Assembly (NCBI GenBank): GCA_014237975.1
Contig: JABACA010000005.1
Location: 2,473-66,472 of the forward strand
DNA from: Mariniblastus sp.
Lineage (GTDB): Bacteria > Planctomycetota > Planctomycetia > Pirellulales > Pirellulaceae
DNA length: 64,000 bases
Direction of reading: 5' to 3'
Shown: positions 44,946 to 54,200 of the stretch, one piece after another
Position numbering within the stretch: the stretch's first letter is position 1
How the letters are laid out: every line of letters begins with the position of its first letter
Notes under the pieces: model-generated
What the model saw: the letters and a program-made list of their open reading frames with translations, nothing else
Database searches by the model: none
Told to the model about the DNA's origin: nothing
Made by a program: the position numbers and the translations under genes

Positions 44946-47900
44946 ATGACACAGAGTGACTCCTCGAACCGCTTACCGCGATGGTCTTTTTGGGTTGATG
45001 TTGGCGGCACCTTTACCGACTGTCTGGCCGAATCGCCTGACGGCAGCCAATTCTCTACAAAGGTCCTTAGCTCGGCCGTGACCAAAGGCGTTCTGCCGGA
45101 GCCAGCGCAGCGCAATCAGTTTTGCGATGTTGGCCAAAGCAGCAAATCGCCCGGTTTTTGGAATGGCGCGACGGTCCGTTTCCTGAATGACTCCGGTGAA
45201 TCTTTTTGCCAAGCGACCGTCGTCGATTTCCAGGACGGTCAATTTAAATGCGATGCCCTGAAAGCATTGCCAACAGGGACGAAATACGAGTTGCAACCGG
45301 CCATCAGTGCGCCTTTGTTGGCAATGCACAGTATTATTAATTTACCCATTCAGCAAGCGTTGCCAGATTGCGATTTGCATCTGGGGACGACCCGTGGCAC
45401 CAACGCCTTACTGACTCGCACGGGCGCCAGGACCGCACTGGTTACCACGACCGGTTTCGGAGACTTGCTGGCCATCGGCGATCAGACCCGGCCGCATCTG
45501 TTCCAACTGGAGATCACAAAGCCGGACCCGCTGTTTGAAAAGTCCATCGAAATTGACGAACGGGTCCTGGCTGACGGAACAGTGGAGCGGTCACCGGATT
45601 TGTCGGTGGTGCGTCAACAAATGTGGGAGCTGCGAGAATCCGGAATTCAGTCCATCGCTATCTGCTTCATGAACAGCTACCAGTGGCCGAATCATGAACG
45701 GCAGGTCGCCCAGGTTGCCGAGGAAGTCGGTTTCGAATCCGTTCGGGTGAGCAGCCAGCTTGCTCCCTCGATCAAGATCATACCGCGGGGAGAAACATGT
45801 GTTTTGGATGCGTATTTAAATCCTGTGATCGGCAATTATCTGGACGGAATCCAAAGCCGTCTAACGCGACAAAGTCGTTTGCGATTGATGACGTCCGCTG
45901 GCGGGCTCGTTTCACGGGAGCGTTTTTCTGGCAAAGACAGTGTCCTGTCCGGACCCGCAGGCGGTGTGGTGGGGGCAGCCCGCGTGGCAGAACAGCTGGG
46001 ATTTGGCCGGGCCATCGGTTTTGACATGGGCGGTACCAGCACCGATGTCTCGCGGTATGACGGTTGCTTCGAACACGAATTTGAATCTCGCAAGGCAGGC
46101 GTTCGAATTGTCTCGCCCATCCTGGCCCTCGAGACGGTGGCTGCCGGTGGCGGTTCCATTTGCTGGTTTGATGGAAAAAGGATGTTGGTGGGCCCGGCCA
46201 GCGCCTCGGCCGATCCGGGTCCCGCTTGCTATGGCGGCGGCGGGCCATTGACGATTACCGATATCAATCTGTTTCTTGGCAGGATTGCCGCCCGGGAGTT
46301 TCCCATACCCCTGGACCAGGATGCGGTCCATCAACGGCTTGGGGAAATTCACCAAACGATTCAACAGGCTGGCTTTGATTTGACTCTGCAGCAAATGGCG
46401 GAAGGCTTTCTGGATATTGCCAACAATAACATGGCATCCGCCATTCGAAGCATTTCCGTTTCTCAGGGATACGATCCGGCCGATTATCTCCTGGTTTCAT
46501 TTGGTGGTGCCGGGTCCCAGCACTGTTGTGCGGTGGCCGACAAACTGAACATCACTCGCATCCTAGACCATCCACAATCCAGCATTCTCAGCGCTGTTGG
46601 GATCCAGCTGGCCGACCAATCCGGGTTTGCCAACCAATCCGTGCTGAGGCCATTGGCCGAAATGAAACCGCAATTACGCCAGTCGATATTCAGTCAATTG
46701 CGCGAATCGGTGATTCGAAAACTGGAGGGCGATGGCAATTCGCAGGATTCGGTCCTCTGCAAAAACCAGCTTGACCTAAGGTACGTCGGGACAGATCCCT
46801 GCTTGACCATCACCGAACCGGCGGATGGCGATTTTGAGTCTTGTTTCGAGTCGACTCACACCAGGTTGTACGGCTACACCCAGTCCAAGCCGATCGAAGT
46901 GGTGGCGGCGCGGGTCGAAGGTGTTGTCCGGGGTCGCCCGCTGCAGCAGCTGGCGCCGTTGCCTGGCAACGAGCCCGCCTGTCGGCCTGTAACAACCAGC
47001 CAGGTGATCCAGTTTGCCGACATTTTACCTGGAGATCGAATTCAGGGGCCCGCCATGATTGTCGACCAGTTCAAAACCACTATTGTCGACCCGCACTGGC
47101 TGGCAGTCGCCCAAGCCAACGGTAGTTTGCTGTTGGCAAGAGCCGCCAGCACGGACCCGTCGACGGACCGCCAGCAACCGGAAACGGCTGCGCAGCCCAG
47201 CCCGATCCAGCTGGAGATCTTTAACAGTCATTTTTCTGCCATCGCCAAACAGATGGGTATTGCACTGCAGAAAACATCGACCAGTGTCAATGTCAAGGAA
47301 CGTCTCGATTTTAGTTGTGCCGTGTTTACCCGCGATGGAGATTTAGTCGTCAATGCCCCACACATCCCGGTTCACCTCGGCGCGATGAGCGAAACGGTTC
47401 GTTCAACCATACGGCTAAACCCATCCGTCCAACCCGGTGATGTCTTCTTGACCAACGATCCCTATCAAGGTGGCTCTCACCTACCCGACGTGACGACCGT
47501 GACGCCCGTTTTTGAACCCTCGACGAAGGACCTGGTTTTCTGGGTTGCCAGTCGTTCCCACCATGCCGAAATTGGCGGCAAAGCACCGGGCTCCATGCCA
47601 GCCGATGCGAGTTGCCTGGGCGAAGAAGGTGTGCTGATCCAGAATTTCAAGCTCATTAGTGCCGGCCGCGAGCAGTTCGGTGCATTGCGAAAATGGTTGA
47701 CCCGTCCACCCTACCCTTCCCGTTCCCCGGAGGACAACCTGGGTGACATCGCCGCCCAGGTCGCCGCGAATCGTCGCGGACAAAATGACTTGTTGCAACT
47801 CGTGGCCCAGTATTCACGCGGCCAAGTTGAGCAATACATGCAATTCATGCAGCAAGCAGCGGAGGCGAAGGTTCGCTTGGCATTGAAAAAACGCTTCCAG

Positions 47901-48743
47901 CCGGGAACCTACCGGTTTCATGATTCGATGGACAATGGCGCTACCATTCAGGTTGAAATACTGATTGAAGACGACCGCCTGGTGATTGATTTTGAGGGTA
48001 CCGACCCGGTTTGCAATGACAACCTGAACGCCAATCGCGCCATTGTTTCGGCGGCCGTCATGTACGTCATGCGCTGCCTGATTGACGAAGACATTCCTCT
48101 CAACCAGGGGGTCATGAATCCCGTTTCAATCAAGTTGCCGGTCTGTTTTCTGAATCCAACACCCGCCGAAGATCCTCTGCAAAGCCCGGCGGTAGTGGGT
48201 GGTAATGTTGAAACGTCACAACGGGTAGTAGACGTGATGCTGGCAGCGCTGGGGATGGCAGCCGCCAGCCAGGGAACGATGAACAACTGGTTAATGGGAG
48301 ATCGTTCATTTGGCTATTACGAAACGGTCTGCGGAGGATCCGGGGCCACCGCCCAGGCCGATGGCGTTGACGGTGTCCACACCCACATGACCAATACCCG
48401 ATTAACGGATCCCGAAATTCTGGAGCAACGGTACCCGGCCATTCTCCGGCAGTTTTCAATTCGCAAAAACAGCGGCGGCAGCGGGCGGCGGCGGGGAGGT
48501 TCTGGAATTCATCGCGAGATCGAATTCCAGCGACGTTTAACCATCTCCCTGTTAACCAGTCGCCGCAACACCAAGCCGTTTGGAATGGCTGGTGGTGGTC
48601 CCGGTCAATCCGGTGTGAACCAGGTCAAAACGGTCGACGGGAAGGTCCAGCTGCTGCCCAGCCAATGTGAAATCGAGGTGTCACCCGGCGATCGGTTGAT
48701 TCTGTTGACACCAGGTGGAGGCGGCTACGGTTCCGTCGACTGA
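44946..48743 (+). CDS. Fused hydantoinase/oxoprolinase family protein (HyuA-like + HyuB-like; 5-oxoprolinase-type)
   Basis: ORF 44943..48743; the ATG at 44946 follows the track's TTG. The N-terminus has VDVGGTFTDC and GTTRGTNALLTR. The middle has GFDMGGTSTDVS. The C-terminal half has NVKERLDFSCAVF, NDPYQGGSHLPD and TRLTDPEILE. Confidence 0.9.
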   Translation: MTQSDSSNRLPRWSFWVDVGGTFTDCLAESPDGSQFSTKVLSSAVTKGVLPEPAQRNQFCDVGQSSKSPGFWNGATVRFLNDSGESFCQATVVDFQDGQFKCDALKALPTGTKYELQPAISAPLLAMHSIINLPIQQALPDCDLHLGTTRGTNALLTRTGARTALVTTTGFGDLLAIGDQTRPHLFQLEITKPDPLFEKSIEIDERVLADGTVERSPDLSVVRQQMWELRESGIQSIAICFMNSYQWPNHERQVAQVAEEVGFESVRVSSQLAPSIKIIPRGETCVLDAYLNPVIGNYLDGIQSRLTRQSRLRLMTSAGGLVSRERFSGKDSVLSGPAGGVVGAARVAEQLGFGRAIGFDMGGTSTDVSRYDGCFEHEFESRKAGVRIVSPILALETVAAGGGSICWFDGKRMLVGPASASADPGPACYGGGGPLTITDINLFLGRIAAREFPIPLDQDAVHQRLGEIHQTIQQAGFDLTLQQMAEGFLDIANNNMASAIRSISVSQGYDPADYLLVSFGGAGSQHCCAVADKLNITRILDHPQSSILSAVGIQLADQSGFANQSVLRPLAEMKPQLRQSIFSQLRESVIRKLEGDGNSQDSVLCKNQLDLRYVGTDPCLTITEPADGDFESCFESTHTRLYGYTQSKPIEVVAARVEGVVRGRPLQQLAPLPGNEPACRPVTTSQVIQFADILPGDRIQGPAMIVDQFKTTIVDPHWLAVAQANGSLLLARAASTDPSTDRQQPETAAQPSPIQLEIFNSHFSAIAKQMGIALQKTSTSVNVKERLDFSCAVFTRDGDLVVNAPHIPVHLGAMSETVRSTIRLNPSVQPGDVFLTNDPYQGGSHLPDVTTVTPVFEPSTKDLVFWVASRSHHAEIGGKAPGSMPADASCLGEEGVLIQNFKLISAGREQFGALRKWLTRPPYPSRSPEDNLGDIAAQVAANRRGQNDLLQLVAQYSRGQVEQYMQFMQQAAEAKVRLALKKRFQPGTYRFHDSMDNGATIQVEILIEDDRLVIDFEGTDPVCNDNLNANRAIVSAAVMYVMRCLIDEDIPLNQGVMNPVSIKLPVCFLNPTPAEDPLQSPAVVGGNVETSQRVVDVMLAALGMAAASQGTMNNWLMGDRSFGYYETVCGGSGATAQADGVDGVHTHMTNTRLTDPEILEQRYPAILRQFSIRKNSGGSGRRRGGSGIHREIEFQRRLTISLLTSRRNTKPFGMAGGGPGQSGVNQVKTVDGKVQLLPSQCEIEVSPGDRLILLTPGGGGYGSVD

Positions 48744-48744
48744 G

Positions 48745-49770
48745 CTAACCGTTTGCCATGTTCTGGAACTGGCCAATCTCGGGGTGGATAACTCGAGCGT
48801 CGACCCGTTTAAGGCTCTTTTGTAGCAGCGACAGCATTTCCGGATCATGATAAGTGCCAACAATCGCGCCGCCGCTGCCACAATATTTGGCACTGGCGCC
48901 CACGGAACGGGCCAGCTCTACCAGGCGAACATGCTCCGGGTGAAGGCTGCACAACTGACGACGTAAGTCAAAATTCTGGTTGATTAAATTGGCAAGAAGT
49001 GGCTGGTCGTTTTCCAACAAGGCGGTGCGGCCCTGTTCTGCATAGTCCGCAAATTGACCCATGGCATCAATCACGACCGATTCACGGTCCTCGAACCGTC
49101 GTTTGAGATCGTTGTGGAAAACCTCTGTCGGTTCACTCGCACTGGGACAAAACGCAACGTAGATATTAGGTAACAAGGTTGGGTCGAGACGTTCGTATTT
49201 TCCAAATGACAAGCCCCGTTCGGTCTGGATTTGCGATTCTGCGAAATCCATGTAAATCAGTCCTTCATAGGCCTGGATAACCCGATCCTGCAGCCCGGCC
49301 GGTATTCCCAAATCAGCTTCTACACTCAGCGTCAGCGATGCGAGCAGGTGGGGTGCAATCGAGATGCCGTACCAGTCGGCCAAGCCTCGCAGTGCGGCCG
49401 TGATAATCGCGCTGGAACCGGCTAGCCCCACCTGCCGCGGAATGTTGCTGTGGTATTGAATGCGAAAGTTGTCAGCCTGAACGCCGGAGTCAGCCACGCA
49501 AAATTCAAAAAAACGTTTGATGGATGCTTTCAGCAACCGGACACCACCGTAGTAGCCCTCGTTCTGTACTCGGCCGGCAAGCTGCTCGATACTTTCAAAT
49601 TCCAATCCCTCGTTGGCCCCTGGCTGTATCGTGAGCCGGTTAGCCGAATACATGTCTACCTGGGCTGCAAAATCGCCCACGATCAAGGATATCGTTTTGC
49701 CATGATATCCATCGGAGGGGTTTCCAAGCAAACCTGCCCGCGCGTAGCCTCGTCGACTAATGTGTTTCAC
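48745..49770 (-). CDS. GHMP-family sugar kinase resembling plant-type glucuronokinase
   Basis: ORF 48745..49770. It carries ARAGLLGNPSDGYHGKTISL, NEGYYGGVRLL, the GHMP motif NIPRQVGLAGSSAII, GIPAGLQDRVIQAYEGLIYMDF and SAKYCGSGGAIVG. I recall these motifs as matching the glucuronokinase (GlcAK) family. The start overlaps the upstream gene's stop by 14 nt. Confidence 0.65.
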   Translation of the reverse strand: MKHISRRGYARAGLLGNPSDGYHGKTISLIVGDFAAQVDMYSANRLTIQPGANEGLEFESIEQLAGRVQNEGYYGGVRLLKASIKRFFEFCVADSGVQADNFRIQYHSNIPRQVGLAGSSAIITAALRGLADWYGISIAPHLLASLTLSVEADLGIPAGLQDRVIQAYEGLIYMDFAESQIQTERGLSFGKYERLDPTLLPNIYVAFCPSASEPTEVFHNDLKRRFEDRESVVIDAMGQFADYAEQGRTALLENDQPLLANLINQNFDLRRQLCSLHPEHVRLVELARSVGASAKYCGSGGAIVGTYHDPEMLSLLQKSLKRVDARVIHPEIGQFQNMANG

Positions 49771-50656
49771 GTGTTGATCCCGTTTCCCGACAAACTTTGT
49801 TCACAACATCCCGTAATTGCGGATCGGCCAAAGCATGGTGAATGAAGGACTCAGTGTAGGATTCCAGATTGCCAATGTCAAAACGCCGTTCTGCCGTACC
49901 CAGCTTTACGCCAAATGCTCTTGAGCCAGATTGGATCATTTGCCGGATTGCATCGGTCAACTGGATTTCATTGCCCTTTCCGCGAGGCGTTTCGCGGAGC
50001 GCGCTAAAGATTTTTGGGCTAAAGACATAGCGAGCGGTAACCGCCAGATTACTGGGCGCTTCCTGAAGGCTGGGTTTCTCGACCAAATCGGCCAGCTCAA
50101 ATACGGAATCGTCCGACAACGGCTTGGCAATTCCAAAACGATCAACTTTTTCGGGAGACACGGTTTCAAACGCGATGACGATATCGGCTTGCCGCTCGTC
50201 AAACAATCGAATCATCCGTTGAAGCACATTATCGGATCCTTGCGAATCAATCACACAGTCACCCAGGGCAACCACCACCGGCTCGTCTTGGGCCAGTAAC
50301 TCCCCCACGGCGACGGCATGCCCGAGGCCCAGCTGTTCCGTTTGAATGGCCGTCTCCAGCTTCATTGCCGCGGCAGCCGACTGAGACCAGAGGCGTTGGG
50401 CCAGCTCCGGCTTTCCCGTTTCCTGAAGATGACGTTCCAGGTCAGGACCTTGCTTGAAATAATCTGCTATTCCTGATTTTGCCGGCGAGCTAATAAGAAT
50501 CGTCCTGCGGATGCCGGCTTGCCATAATTCCTCAATCACATACTGCAGAGTCGGCTTGCCAGCCAAGGGGAGAAGCTCCTTGGGAATTGCCTGGGTGATG
50601 GGCAACAAGCGTGTTCCCAGCCCCGCTACAGGCACGATTGCCGTTTTAATTGCCAT
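49757..50656 (-). CDS. galU: GalU-type UTP--sugar-1-phosphate uridylyltransferase
   Basis: ORF 49757..50656. It carries AIVPVAGLGTRLLPITQAIPKELLPL, GLGHAV and ...EKP..., the nucleotidyltransferase fold of the GalU family. Sugar specificity cannot be decided from the sequence. Confidence 0.8.
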   Translation of the reverse strand: MAIKTAIVPVAGLGTRLLPITQAIPKELLPLAGKPTLQYVIEELWQAGIRRTILISSPAKSGIADYFKQGPDLERHLQETGKPELAQRLWSQSAAAAMKLETAIQTEQLGLGHAVAVGELLAQDEPVVVALGDCVIDSQGSDNVLQRMIRLFDERQADIVIAFETVSPEKVDRFGIAKPLSDDSVFELADLVEKPSLQEAPSNLAVTARYVFSPKIFSALRETPRGKGNEIQLTDAIRQMIQSGSRAFGVKLGTAERRFDIGNLESYTESFIHHALADPQLRDVVNKVCRETGSTRETH

Positions 50657-50706
50657 TTGAAAACTGCAGGTTCAGCTTGTGGTTGCAAAGGTAATATTCT
50701 AGATCA

Positions 50707-50759
50707 AAATGCCCGCGAAAGAAGTAGCGGGTAACAATGGTTACGCCCAGCGGGCATTT
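50707..50759 (-). terminator. Inverted repeat AAATGCCCGC...GCGGGCATTT (10-bp arms, 33-nt spacer with nested short stems) overlapping the stop of the upstream gene
   Basis: Read directly from the sequence. On the minus strand the 3' arm is followed by TTTGATC. The terminator/attenuator role between the exosortase paralog and galU is speculative. Confidence 0.3.
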
Positions 50760-52377
50760 AATGGCCAAGTGCTGATTCCAACCGGTCCACGTTTGATTTC
50801 AGTTGATCGATCAGCTGAAGATCGGGTTGGTCGAAAAACTGAACGAACACCTTGAAGTAAACACGATGAGGCAAAAACATTTCAGGCAATGAGGGTGAAC
50901 CCCAGGCGGGAAAATGTCCGAGCAGGTCAGTCGTGGGCCGCTGGCTGGCGGCAAGTTCTTTGATGAACAATAGCCCTTTTTCTCCACTCTCTTTTGCCAT
51001 TTCGATTACTTGCAAATCGTTATCGACCGAGACATCCACGACGTTCCAATGGTGCCGCTTTTGTTGGGCAGCCGGATCTGCCCAGCGACCTTCCAGTTCC
51101 GACGCGGAAACGAGGCACTGGACGCCGTCAAAATAGTAGTACCAGCGGTACTCGAGAGCCCCCGTCGAACTGGTTGTGTTACGTTGTATTGATTGATATC
51201 GAACCAGATCGGACAAAGGCTCGACGGTGAAATCGTCGGCCTCTATCAAGGTGGAAAGTTGACCGGAAACCGGTTTTTCAATTGCCAGAAAACGGGCGTA
51301 TCCTATGCCGCCGAACAGAGCTGACAGCAGGGCAACAGCCACCAACAGGCTGGCGGGCACCGTGGTTTGCCGAGAGTGACGGCGAGCCGATTTCTCAATC
51401 ACCCGGCTGGCCAGGCAGCGGTTCCAGAATTTCCCAGCTTTACCGACCAGGTCAGACGACGACTCCAGGCTCTCTTGTGTCACAGGCCCGAACCAAAATG
51501 CCAGAAATTGGTCCGTTGAAATAATCAACAAGACGGTCGCGACGACGATCAACACCTCGATCAACGAGGTTGATTCTACTGTTACATCAACGAACATCAA
51601 TTGAAACAACACGCCCAGAGTGACCAGCAAAACAGTTTGGCCAAACACGGCCCAAAAACCAACCGAAATCAATAACAAGAACGCATGAAACAAACGCCGT
51701 GCATAAAGTCCAACCAAGGTCAGCCCGACGGCGACAAGGAATGGAACACCCAGCATTGACCGGACGGAAAAATCCAATGGCAAGATTCGCAATTCGTCAT
51801 TGAATCGAAAAGGAATTTCTTCGTCGGCAATTAGTATCCCGGGCACACGCAATATTGGCTCACTGCAATAAAGACCCAGTTGACTCAACCAGTCATTGAT
51901 CGCCATGTCAATTGAAAACAGTGGAAGCAGTAATGCCAGCAGCGGCAAAACGACACCGCCATACACCCGTTTACCAGCGGTGGTGCGAATGGAACTTTCG
52001 ATCGCAAACAGCATCAAGACAAGTGCGGCAGCCAGCAGCCAAGGATCGGCAAAAACAAATAGCAACGTATTGCAAATTAAAGCGCCGGCCAGGCAGGCTG
52101 CCCCGGGCGCGCCAAAATGAAACAGTGTTTCTTTTCTAAAATTTTGAAACAAGCGGGCGAACAGGATTGCCCCGCTACAGGCAATCACGTACCCAATCGT
52201 TTCATAACCTGCCCGGGGATAAATCACACACCAGTAAACAGAAGCAAAGACTGTCTGGGCCAATGCGGCAACCACAATCAGCACCAACGGAATTCGATGG
52301 TGATTCGATTCGGTATTTGGTTGGTCAGACATCAATGCGATTTGGATGGAGTCGTGGAACGATGGGGGCAGGGTCAA
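50758..52377 (-). CDS. Exosortase-EpsI-like paralog lacking the conserved Cys/Arg/His residues (putative pseudo-exosortase)
   Basis: ORF 50758..52377. It has the same architecture as the upstream exosortase: a polytopic N-terminal region, a linker, a TM helix and a periplasmic domain. Collinear matches are DPW..LPL..INDWLSQL, WAVF and LLIISTDQFLAFWFG versus LLLLSTDQVLFFLFG. The CSG position reads DFSVRS (51757-51774). Confidence 0.55.
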   Translation of the reverse strand: MTLPPSFHDSIQIALMSDQPNTESNHHRIPLVLIVVAALAQTVFASVYWCVIYPRAGYETIGYVIACSGAILFARLFQNFRKETLFHFGAPGAACLAGALICNTLLFVFADPWLLAAALVLMLFAIESSIRTTAGKRVYGGVVLPLLALLLPLFSIDMAINDWLSQLGLYCSEPILRVPGILIADEEIPFRFNDELRILPLDFSVRSMLGVPFLVAVGLTLVGLYARRLFHAFLLLISVGFWAVFGQTVLLVTLGVLFQLMFVDVTVESTSLIEVLIVVATVLLIISTDQFLAFWFGPVTQESLESSSDLVGKAGKFWNRCLASRVIEKSARRHSRQTTVPASLLVAVALLSALFGGIGYARFLAIEKPVSGQLSTLIEADDFTVEPLSDLVRYQSIQRNTTSSTGALEYRWYYYFDGVQCLVSASELEGRWADPAAQQKRHHWNVVDVSVDNDLQVIEMAKESGEKGLLFIKELAASQRPTTDLLGHFPAWGSPSLPEMFLPHRVYFKVFVQFFDQPDLQLIDQLKSNVDRLESALGH

Positions 52378-52391
52378 GCGACCCAGCCGGG

Positions 52392-54200
52392 CTAAGGTTT
52401 CGTCGCTTCGTCTTTCAGTTTCTGGGGCGTTGTCTCGCGCAGCGGCTTCCCCGCTCTCTTGGCAAGAAATTCTTCGCGCAATTGTTCGCGAACAACCAGA
52501 AAATGGCTTCTGATTTCGTCCATTGCCTGCTGGGTGAATTCACCGTATTGGGAAACAAAGGCTTGCGTTTGGTAGGTTTCACTTTGGAATAGACTGCCGC
52601 GTATGCGATGGGTCAGACGGTTTTGTGCGCGGATAAAGAAAGAGTTTAGCGTACCCCAGTTGCGAGGCGCCCACATCGGGTCTCCAAACGCGTCGAACAG
52701 ACTAAAGAGGAGGAACCCGTACTCCCCCGTGTCTTTCTGGAAATGGGCTTCGATGTAAGGCCACTGAACGGTATCTCCGTCGACTTCGATCGTGCTATAT
52801 AGCAACTTTCGTTTGGTAAGCTTCCAGCCCGTATTTCGATAGCAAGTCGTCAGTTCGTGCCATCCAGGAAATGTCTGGTCCATCGAGATCGTTGAGCGAA
52901 GACGCCGAGCCGGGGTTTCATAAATCCAGGTATCGGACCGCAGGCCCAAGTCACTTCCCCGCGAGCGGTTTTGTGCCCGATAGTCAATCTGTGTCCACTT
53001 CAAATCTTCCCCGCCGGGCCCCACCGTTGACATGTTCAAAGGCAAGTCCGCCTGAGAAAAAGGCTTGGTGACATCCGTGGAAAAGAACTGAACACTGAAT
53101 TTAGGACGAGAGTAGGATCGAACCACATCGACGAACTGGAATGCGCCGGCCAACAATATCAAAATGGCTGCCGACCATATCGCGTACAGCCCGATTTTGG
53201 AGATGGGCCGACGCCAGTTTTTTCGCTTGCTGTTAGCCTGCTCCTCGTTCCGCGGTTCCACGAGGTTGCTCCACATCGAGCTGAGCAGACGGGACACTCG
53301 CCCCGTTTTTTGTTCCGGGTTGTTTCCCGAACCAAACAGGAAAAACAAAACCTGGTCGGTGCTGAGCAACAGCAAAATGCCGAGCGTCAAGGTTCCATAT
53401 CCAAGTAATTCGTGCGGAAAACCAACCGACAGGTCAACATTCCACCAGTAATCTGCAACCGGAATCATGATGATTCGAATCGAATTCATGAAAACGGCCC
53501 AGACCACCGCGGCTGCGATCAAAACCAGGCTGCGAAACAGGGGCCGACGCTCCCAGATCACAAAAACAATTGCCACAAACAGCAACGTGAAAAACGATTG
53601 GACTCCACTGCAGGCGTTTTCGATGTTGTACAGTCGGCTGCCGGGAATCTCGATGAGGGTTCCCGACAGATGGTGGTTCATTCCAAAAATATCCAGCGTA
53701 CTGCTGGTCACCGACGCACTGAGGCGCTGCAACCAGTTGATGAGCGTATAGTCGCCACCATTGGGAATGATCAAAGCTACGTAAAGCGGAAGCGATGCGA
53801 TGGACATGCCGCGTCCCGTTTCCGAATCGACCGTCCGGGCCAACAAGCTGGACACTAACAACATCACGCTCAGCGCAGAAAACCACGGCGATAAAAACAC
53901 ATATCCCGCCAAGCAGCAAACGATCCCCATGACAAACAAGCAAACGCTCCACGAGCTTCTGTAATATTTGAGCTGCTTGTCGCGCGGCCATCGATTGTAG
54001 GCAATCAGGCAGGTGGCCAGCACTGCAAATGGCGCAAATTGATAATGGGGCCGACTCCACAGCTCGCGGGCATACAGCACGATCATGGGCAGCTGTGCCA
54101 ATATGGCGATGCCATAAGGTAGCCAAACCTTGTCGAAGTAGCCTGCGCCGAAGGATCCGCGAGGTTTCCTGTCGGCAGTTGGAACAGATGCAGAGGACAT
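52392..54200 (-). CDS. Exosortase (EpsH family) fused to a C-terminal EpsI-like periplasmic domain
   Basis: ORF 52392..54200. It has about 8 TM helices. The catalytic-type motif is NIENACSGVQSF (Cys codon 53610-53612), followed by the Arg in FMNSIRIIMIP and the His in GFPHELLGYG. After an additional TM helix there is a ~250-aa domain with the EpsI-like FPGWHELTTCYRNTGW. Confidence 0.75.
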   Translation of the reverse strand: MSSASVPTADRKPRGSFGAGYFDKVWLPYGIAILAQLPMIVLYARELWSRPHYQFAPFAVLATCLIAYNRWPRDKQLKYYRSSWSVCLFVMGIVCCLAGYVFLSPWFSALSVMLLVSSLLARTVDSETGRGMSIASLPLYVALIIPNGGDYTLINWLQRLSASVTSSTLDIFGMNHHLSGTLIEIPGSRLYNIENACSGVQSFFTLLFVAIVFVIWERRPLFRSLVLIAAAVVWAVFMNSIRIIMIPVADYWWNVDLSVGFPHELLGYGTLTLGILLLLSTDQVLFFLFGSGNNPEQKTGRVSRLLSSMWSNLVEPRNEEQANSKRKNWRRPISKIGLYAIWSAAILILLAGAFQFVDVVRSYSRPKFSVQFFSTDVTKPFSQADLPLNMSTVGPGGEDLKWTQIDYRAQNRSRGSDLGLRSDTWIYETPARRLRSTISMDQTFPGWHELTTCYRNTGWKLTKRKLLYSTIEVDGDTVQWPYIEAHFQKDTGEYGFLLFSLFDAFGDPMWAPRNWGTLNSFFIRAQNRLTHRIRGSLFQSETYQTQAFVSQYGEFTQQAMDEIRSHFLVVREQLREEFLAKRAGKPLRETTPQKLKDEATKP

